This document shows positions 27,568 through 32,000 of a DNA stretch of 32,000 bases, piece by piece (the first letter of the stretch is position 1; every line of letters begins with the position of its first letter). This DNA is from Pseudodesulfovibrio mercurii (GTDB lineage: Bacteria; Desulfobacterota; Desulfovibrionia; Desulfovibrionales; Desulfovibrionaceae), in contig NC_016803.1 in the NCBI RefSeq assembly GCF_000189295.2, forward strand, positions 1,830,001-1,862,000. The letters run 5' to 3'. Under the pieces are notes generated by a model that saw nothing but the letters and a program-made list of their open reading frames with translations, searched no databases and was not told the origin of the DNA. A program made the translations under genes and the position numbers.

Positions 27568-27711
27568 TCGGCCTCCGTTGGTTTCGTCCCCGAGGCCCAT
27601 CCCCGGGAATCCGAACCAGCATACCCCCGGTTTTCGCCAACACCCTGTTTTGTCGAAGAATGACGCCCAAAAGCGCCCGATAAGCATAAAAAAGCAACTT
27701 GACAGGGAGTA

Positions 27712-27804
27712 GGAATGCCTCCGGCGGCCAGGGGGGAAACTTTCGAGAAAGTTTCCCCCCTGGACCCCTCTTCAAAGCTTTTTGGCGCCGCTTCGCGGGG
27801 TGGG
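27712..27804 (+). repeat. Modular intergenic repeat, copy C (same arms, different single long hairpin)
   Basis: GGAATGCCTCCGGCGG; perfect 17-bp hairpin CCAGGGGGGAAACTTTC-GA-GAAAGTTTCCCCCCTGG (27728-27763); ACCCCTCTTCAAAGCTTTTTGGCGCCGCTTCGCGGGG. Confidence 0.85.
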
Positions 27805-28067
27805 CACCCCCAACAAAAAGACCTCCGACTCAACATAGAGTCGAAGGCCCTGTCTTACCTCTTTGGAGCGATTCGGGTGCGCAGCACCCGACAGCGGCTC
27901 TCTCCCCCGCGCTCGCACTAGGCTTGCGAGAGTGGTGCAGCTGTGCATTTTCTTCCGGCCGGGGCAACCGCAGCGTAGCCGTCTACGTGAGGATTGGCCC
28001 GGCCGGAAAAAATGTGCAGATGCGCCGCTATCGCAAGCCGCCCCCCCGTTCTCCGAAGGGAGCCCCC

Positions 28068-29456
28068 CTAACGTCTTGTCAGTCCGTATTTTTTCAACTT
28101 GTACTGAAGGGTCCTGCGACTGATGCCGAGGGCCTCGGCGGTGCGCTCGCGGTGGTTGCCGTTTTCCTCGAGGGCCTGGATGATGGCCTGTTTCTCGGCC
28201 TCTTCGAGGTTGGCGGGGGTGGGGGCGGGACGGCCGCCGTGGGTGAATTCCATGTCGATGACGTTTTCGCGCGCCCCGGTGATCTGGGGCGGCAGGAGGT
28301 CCGGGCCCAGCGCATCGGAACGGGACAGGATCAGGGCGCGTTCCAGGACGTTCTCCAGTTCGCGCACGTTGCCGGGCCAGTCGTAGCCGGACAGGGCGTC
28401 GAGGAAGGCCGGGGTCACGGTGCGGATGATCTTGTTGTTCTTGTTGCCCAGCCGCCGGAGCAGGAAGCTGACCAGGAGCGGCAGGTCCTCCTTGCGCTCG
28501 CAGAGCGGCGGGATGCGGATCTCGAGCACGGCCAGCCGGTAGTAGAGGTCCTCGCGGAAACGGCCCGCCTCGACCTCCCGCTTGAGGTTGCGGTTGGTGG
28601 CCGCGATGATCCGGGTGTCCACCTGGATGGTGCGCACCGAGCCGAGCGGCTCCACGGTCTTTTCCTGCAGGGCGCGCAGGAGCTTGGCCTGGAGCGCGGC
28701 GGGCATCTCGCCGATCTCGTCCAGGAACAGGGTGCCGCCGTCGGCCAGCTGGAACCGGCCGGGCTTGTCCTTGACCGCCCCGGTGAAGGCCCCCTTCTCG
28801 TAGCCGAAGAGCTCGGATTCGAGGAGGTCGTCGGGCAGGGCCGCACAGTTGACCTTGATGAGCGGCTTGTCGGCCCGCTGGCTGGCCCGGTGCAGTCCCT
28901 CGGCCACCAGCTCCTTGCCGGTGCCGCTCTGGCCCAGGATGAGCACCGTGGCCTCGGTGGGCCCGGCCTGGGCGATGAGGTCACGCACCCGCTCAATGCC
29001 GGGGCTCACGCCGATGAAGTCGGGCTCGCCGCCCACCTCGGCGCGCAGCCGGGCGTTTTCGTCCAAAAGCTTGTGGTATTCGAAGGCCTTGCCGAGCACG
29101 GCCGTGAGCTCGTCGTTGTCGGCGGGCTTGGTCAGGTAGTCGAAGGCCCCGCGTTTCATGGCGTCCACGGCGCTGCCCACGGAGCCGAAGGCGGTCAGCA
29201 GGACCACGGGCATGGAGGGCCGCCGGACCTGGAGCTCCTTGAGCAGCTGCATGCCGTCCATGCCGGGCATCTTCATGTCCACCATGGCCACGTCCGGGTA
29301 GGTGTCGGACTCGGCTTCCTCGGCCAGCACGGTCAGGGCGCGCTCGCCGGATTCGGCTTCGAGCACGGTCCAGCCGTCGTCCTCGAGCACGGCGCGGACC
29401 ATCATCCGATGGCCCGGCTCGTCATCGACGATCAGCGCGATACGTTCTTCGTTCAT
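28068..29456 (-). CDS. Sigma-54-dependent response regulator (NtrC/AtoC/ZraR type: REC, AAA+, Fis-type HTH)
   Basis: REC domain (ALIVDDEP, MVDMKMPGMDG). Walker A GQSGTGKE. GAFTGA loop (YEKGAFTGAV). DEIGEM. C-terminal HTH RTAEALGISRRTLQYKLKKYGL. Confidence 0.95.
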   Translation of the reverse strand: MNEERIALIVDDEPGHRMMVRAVLEDDGWTVLEAESGERALTVLAEEAESDTYPDVAMVDMKMPGMDGMQLLKELQVRRPSMPVVLLTAFGSVGSAVDAMKRGAFDYLTKPADNDELTAVLGKAFEYHKLLDENARLRAEVGGEPDFIGVSPGIERVRDLIAQAGPTEATVLILGQSGTGKELVAEGLHRASQRADKPLIKVNCAALPDDLLESELFGYEKGAFTGAVKDKPGRFQLADGGTLFLDEIGEMPAALQAKLLRALQEKTVEPLGSVRTIQVDTRIIAATNRNLKREVEAGRFREDLYYRLAVLEIRIPPLCERKEDLPLLVSFLLRRLGNKNNKIIRTVTPAFLDALSGYDWPGNVRELENVLERALILSRSDALGPDLLPPQITGARENVIDMEFTHGGRPAPTPANLEEAEKQAIIQALEENGNHRERTAEALGISRRTLQYKLKKYGLTRR

Positions 29457-29460
29457 GATG

Positions 29461-31419
29461 CTATTCCTTGTCTGCCGTGGGCAGCGGATCGGGGAAGAAC
29501 AGCTTCATCTCGGTCCCCCGGCCCGGTTCGGATTCGATGATCACGCGGCCCTTGTGGGCGCGCATGATGTTCTGGACGATGGCCAGCCCCAGGCCGGTGC
29601 CGGTCTTCTTGCCCGTGACGAAGGGCTTGAACACGTCGTCGCGGATCTCCGGGTCCATGCCCGGTCCGTTGTCGGCCACGATGATCCAGGTGCCCTTGTG
29701 GCCGCGCATGGAGACCAGCCGCACGTGGCTAGGCTTGTCGCAGTCGGCGCATCCCCTGAGGGCGTCCAGGCTGTTGGAAATGAGATTGAGCAGGACCTGG
29801 CGGAGCGCGTCGGGATCGGCCCAGACCGGCTCGGGCCCGAAGTCGAACTCCGGCTCGATCTGCTTGTCCTCGAAGTCGAAGCGCATGAGCTGCCGGAGGG
29901 AGTCCCCGGCCTTGAACATGTCGATGAACATCGGGTCCAGCCGGCGCGGCTTGGCCAGGTAGAGCAGGTCCGTGACCACGCGGTTGAGGCGGTCCGCCTC
30001 CTGGACCATGGCCGCGGCGTACTGGTCCAGCGGGGCCTGGCCCTTGAGCTTGGTGGCGAAGAGCTGGGCGAAACCGCGCAGGGAGGACAGCGGGTTGCGC
30101 ACCTCGTGGGCCACGCCCGCGGCCAGGGAGCCGATGGCGGCCAGCCGCTTGGCCTCGTTCAGGTCCTCCTCCAGGGAGCGAATCTCGGTGCGGTCGCGGA
30201 TGAGCACCAACCGCTGGGCCTGCTCCGGGGCCTCGTCCTCGTCATGCTCCAGGAAGGGCAGAAAGAGGATCTCCAGCTGGCGGCCCTGGTAGTCGAACTG
30301 TTCCCAGTCCACCGGCCCGGACGGCGGGGTCTCGCTGGTCTGGCGGCCGAAGTCGAAGTCCCGCCAGTTGGCCCCGACGATCTCGGGCGGCACGGGCTTG
30401 TCCGCGCCCTTTTTCCCGCCCTTGTCCCGCTTGGCGGTCTCGGCCTTGTCGCCCGCTTCCGGGGCGGCCTCCGGGCCGGGCCCGTCGTCGGGCTCCGCCT
30501 GCGGCACCGGGGAGAGCAGCTCCAGGGCCGAGCGGTTGGCGGCCAGGATCTCGCCGTCCTCGGCCAGGGTGACCAGGCCGTCGGGCATGTTGTCGAGGAG
30601 CTTGTTCTGGAACCGTTCCAGGCGGACGAGCTTGCGGCTCGCGCCCCGGCGGCGCAGGTAGGCGAAGGCCAGGGACCAGAGAACCACGGCGGCCAAGAAG
30701 ACGTAGCCGGTCTGGTAGGTGGCGGCCTGGCGGTACTGGCGGAACTGGCGCATGTGCTTTTCGGCGTTCAGGCCGACCACCAGGTAGACCCTGGACTGGG
30801 CGTCGTCGTCGAACATCATGCCCGGCCCCATGTTCGAGCCCATGTTCGAGCCCATGTTCGGGCCCATGCCCCGGCCCATGCCGTTGCGGCCCTGGCCCCG
30901 CTCCTGGGACCCGGCCTCGGGCTCCACCCCGAGCAGCGAGGCGATGCCCGCGCGGACCTGGAGCCCGGACAGGAGCACGCTGGTCTTGTCCACCTCGGCC
31001 ATGACGTGCCAGGCGCGGCCGGGCTCGATGTCCTCGGCCACGGCGTCGGGCAGCTGGAAGATGGGGTGGTTGTCCTTCTTGACCGAGGTCACGATGGGAT
31101 GCCCGGCCCTGTCGAACAGGGTGACGAACTCGATGTCCTCGGACTTGGCCAGCTCGGTGAACAGCTCCTCGGTCATGGTCCGGAACAGGGCCGAGGACTG
31201 GCCGCCCATGCGGAGGGTCCTGGCGATGCGGAAGATGTTGTTGTCCACGCCGCGCAGGATGGAGTTGCCGGTCATGACCATGTGGTCCTCGACAATCTTG
31301 CGCTGCTGGGCGATGGACTGCCAGGTCAGGTAGAGGCTGCCCAGTCCCAGCACGATGAGCGCCAGGACCAGGGCGACCAGGGGACCCTTCTCCCTGCCTT
31401 CCGGATGGACAACCTCCAT
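29461..31419 (-). CDS. Sensor histidine kinase (two TM helices, periplasmic domain, PAS, HisKA, HATPase)
   Basis: H-box VAHEVRNPLSSLRGF, N-box LLNLISNSLDAL, G-boxes DNGPGM and GTGLGLAIV. Lies 4 nt upstream of the regulator gene. Confidence 0.93.
   Translation of the reverse strand: MEVVHPEGREKGPLVALVLALIVLGLGSLYLTWQSIAQQRKIVEDHMVMTGNSILRGVDNNIFRIARTLRMGGQSSALFRTMTEELFTELAKSEDIEFVTLFDRAGHPIVTSVKKDNHPIFQLPDAVAEDIEPGRAWHVMAEVDKTSVLLSGLQVRAGIASLLGVEPEAGSQERGQGRNGMGRGMGPNMGSNMGSNMGPGMMFDDDAQSRVYLVVGLNAEKHMRQFRQYRQAATYQTGYVFLAAVVLWSLAFAYLRRRGASRKLVRLERFQNKLLDNMPDGLVTLAEDGEILAANRSALELLSPVPQAEPDDGPGPEAAPEAGDKAETAKRDKGGKKGADKPVPPEIVGANWRDFDFGRQTSETPPSGPVDWEQFDYQGRQLEILFLPFLEHDEDEAPEQAQRLVLIRDRTEIRSLEEDLNEAKRLAAIGSLAAGVAHEVRNPLSSLRGFAQLFATKLKGQAPLDQYAAAMVQEADRLNRVVTDLLYLAKPRRLDPMFIDMFKAGDSLRQLMRFDFEDKQIEPEFDFGPEPVWADPDALRQVLLNLISNSLDALRGCADCDKPSHVRLVSMRGHKGTWIIVADNGPGMDPEIRDDVFKPFVTGKKTGTGLGLAIVQNIMRAHKGRVIIESEPGRGTEMKLFFPDPLPTADKE
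30815..30886. repeat. Imperfect in-frame 12-nt tandem repeat (about six units) inside the kinase gene
   Basis: Units are atcatgcccggc, cccatgttcgag (twice, identical), cccatgttcggg, cccatgccccgg and cccatgccgttg. They encode NGMGRGMGPNMGSNMGSNMGPGMM on the minus strand. Confidence 0.85.
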
Positions 31420-31426
31420 GACCGAG

Positions 31427-31990
31427 CTACTGACCCCTGACTATGGCGTAGATGTCCTTGGGCGACATGTCGTGCTCGGAGGCCAGGGTCTTGAAGGAAC
31501 TCTCCGGGGTGGCGTCGATGCCCGCGCCCTTGAGCCGGGCCAGGACCTCTTCCAATTCCAGGCCGTAGGTCTTGCACACGACGGCCACCGTGAGCTTGCC
31601 GGTGCCCTCGGGCGGCTGGACGGGCATCAGGGCGAAGGGATCGCCGCCCTGCTTGGCGCGGATGATGTCGTAGACGTGCTGCGGGCTCATGTTGCGCGAC
31701 CGGGCGATGTCCTTGACCAGGGTCTCCCCGTTGATGGACGGGTCAAAGCCCGCCTCGTGCAGGGCGGCCAGGGCCTTGTCCACGTCCAGGCCGAGGAAGC
31801 CGCAGAACTTCTTCAGCGGGCTGGTCTCGGCGTGACCGTAGGGCGGGTTGCCGTAGGTCTCGGTGGCGTCCTCCTTGATCTGCGCGCCATAGTCGAGCAG
31901 CGTGCTCATGGGCGGCAGGCCGACGAGGGTGCCGGCGAAGACCAGGAAGACCAGGACGAAGCTGACGATCATGGGGGTGGTCATGACCAC
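31427..31990 (-). CDS. Membrane-anchored protein with two tandem ~48-aa repeats, first gene of the kinase/regulator operon (start uncertain; frame stays open to the window edge)
   Basis: Stop lies 7 nt upstream of the kinase ATG. Hydrophobic N-terminal segment IVSFVLVFLVFAGTLVGL. GC3-rich. Possible starts are GTG 31990 and ATG 31984, or the start lies beyond the window. Confidence 0.7.
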   Translation of the reverse strand: MVMTTPMIVSFVLVFLVFAGTLVGLPPMSTLLDYGAQIKEDATETYGNPPYGHAETSPLKKFCGFLGLDVDKALAALHEAGFDPSINGETLVKDIARSRNMSPQHVYDIIRAKQGGDPFALMPVQPPEGTGKLTVAVVCKTYGLELEEVLARLKGAGIDATPESSFKTLASEHDMSPKDIYAIVRGQ

Positions 31991-32000
31991 CAGCTCGCGG

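Noticed and set aside
27568-27687. N-terminal 40-codon extension of the rhs ORF in the ORF track (MLIGRFWASFFDKTG...).
   Set aside because: No Rhs-like sequence and no RBS. The internal ATG 27567 has a GGAGG at proper spacing, and YD-repeat similarity begins right after it.
27780-27797. Sigma-54-like string in the right arm of the intergenic repeat (TTGGCGCCGCTTCGC), present in copies B1 and C.
   Set aside because: GG to GC spacing is 9 nt rather than 10, and there is no TTGC -12 element.
27912-27930. tRNA-anticodon-arm-like hairpin (CTCGCA-CTAGGCT-TGCGAG).
   Set aside because: There is no acceptor stem, D arm or T arm (no GTTCGAATC-type sequence) around it. The stem is 6 bp and loop position 37 is a pyrimidine.

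Overview
High-GC (roughly 60-65% by eye) bacterial chromosomal segment. Gene order and protein sequences look like a Desulfovibrio-type sulfate reducer, but this is inference only. Plus strand, 1-9.1 kb: the distal end of the dcw cell-wall/division cluster (murG partial, murC, murB, ftsQ, ftsA, ftsZ), then a radical-SAM protein and a secreted dienelactone hydrolase. Minus strand, 9.2-16.3 kb: glyA and the yceD-rpmF-plsX-fabH-fabG-acpP-fabF lipid-synthesis cluster, which has no fabD. Next come rpmB, a small SHOCT membrane protein behind a near-consensus sigma-54 promoter, gltX, an Nfu-type Fe-S protein, an HDOD protein, an OprD-like porin, an MBL-fold hydrolase and a 393-aa unknown protein. The accessory part is 23.97-27.57 kb, an AT-rich/GC-rich mosaic island. 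It holds a short Rhs (YD-repeat) toxin gene plus two start-less orphan copies of the Rhs core end. Each orphan copy is fused to a different C-terminal tail and followed by a small membrane-protein gene (candidate immunity). The island is followed by a sigma-54 two-component system: an NtrC-type regulator, a PAS/HisKA kinase with a Met-Gly-rich 12-nt tandem repeat, and an upstream membrane-anchored accessory protein. A modular palindromic intergenic repeat family occurs at least five times (10.6, 18.7, 18.9, 19.1, 27.7 kb). I saw no rRNA, tRNA, CRISPR, transposase or integrase. Long ORFs antisense to the called genes are treated as high-GC shadow ORFs. All similarity statements come from reading the translations by eye; no database search was possible.
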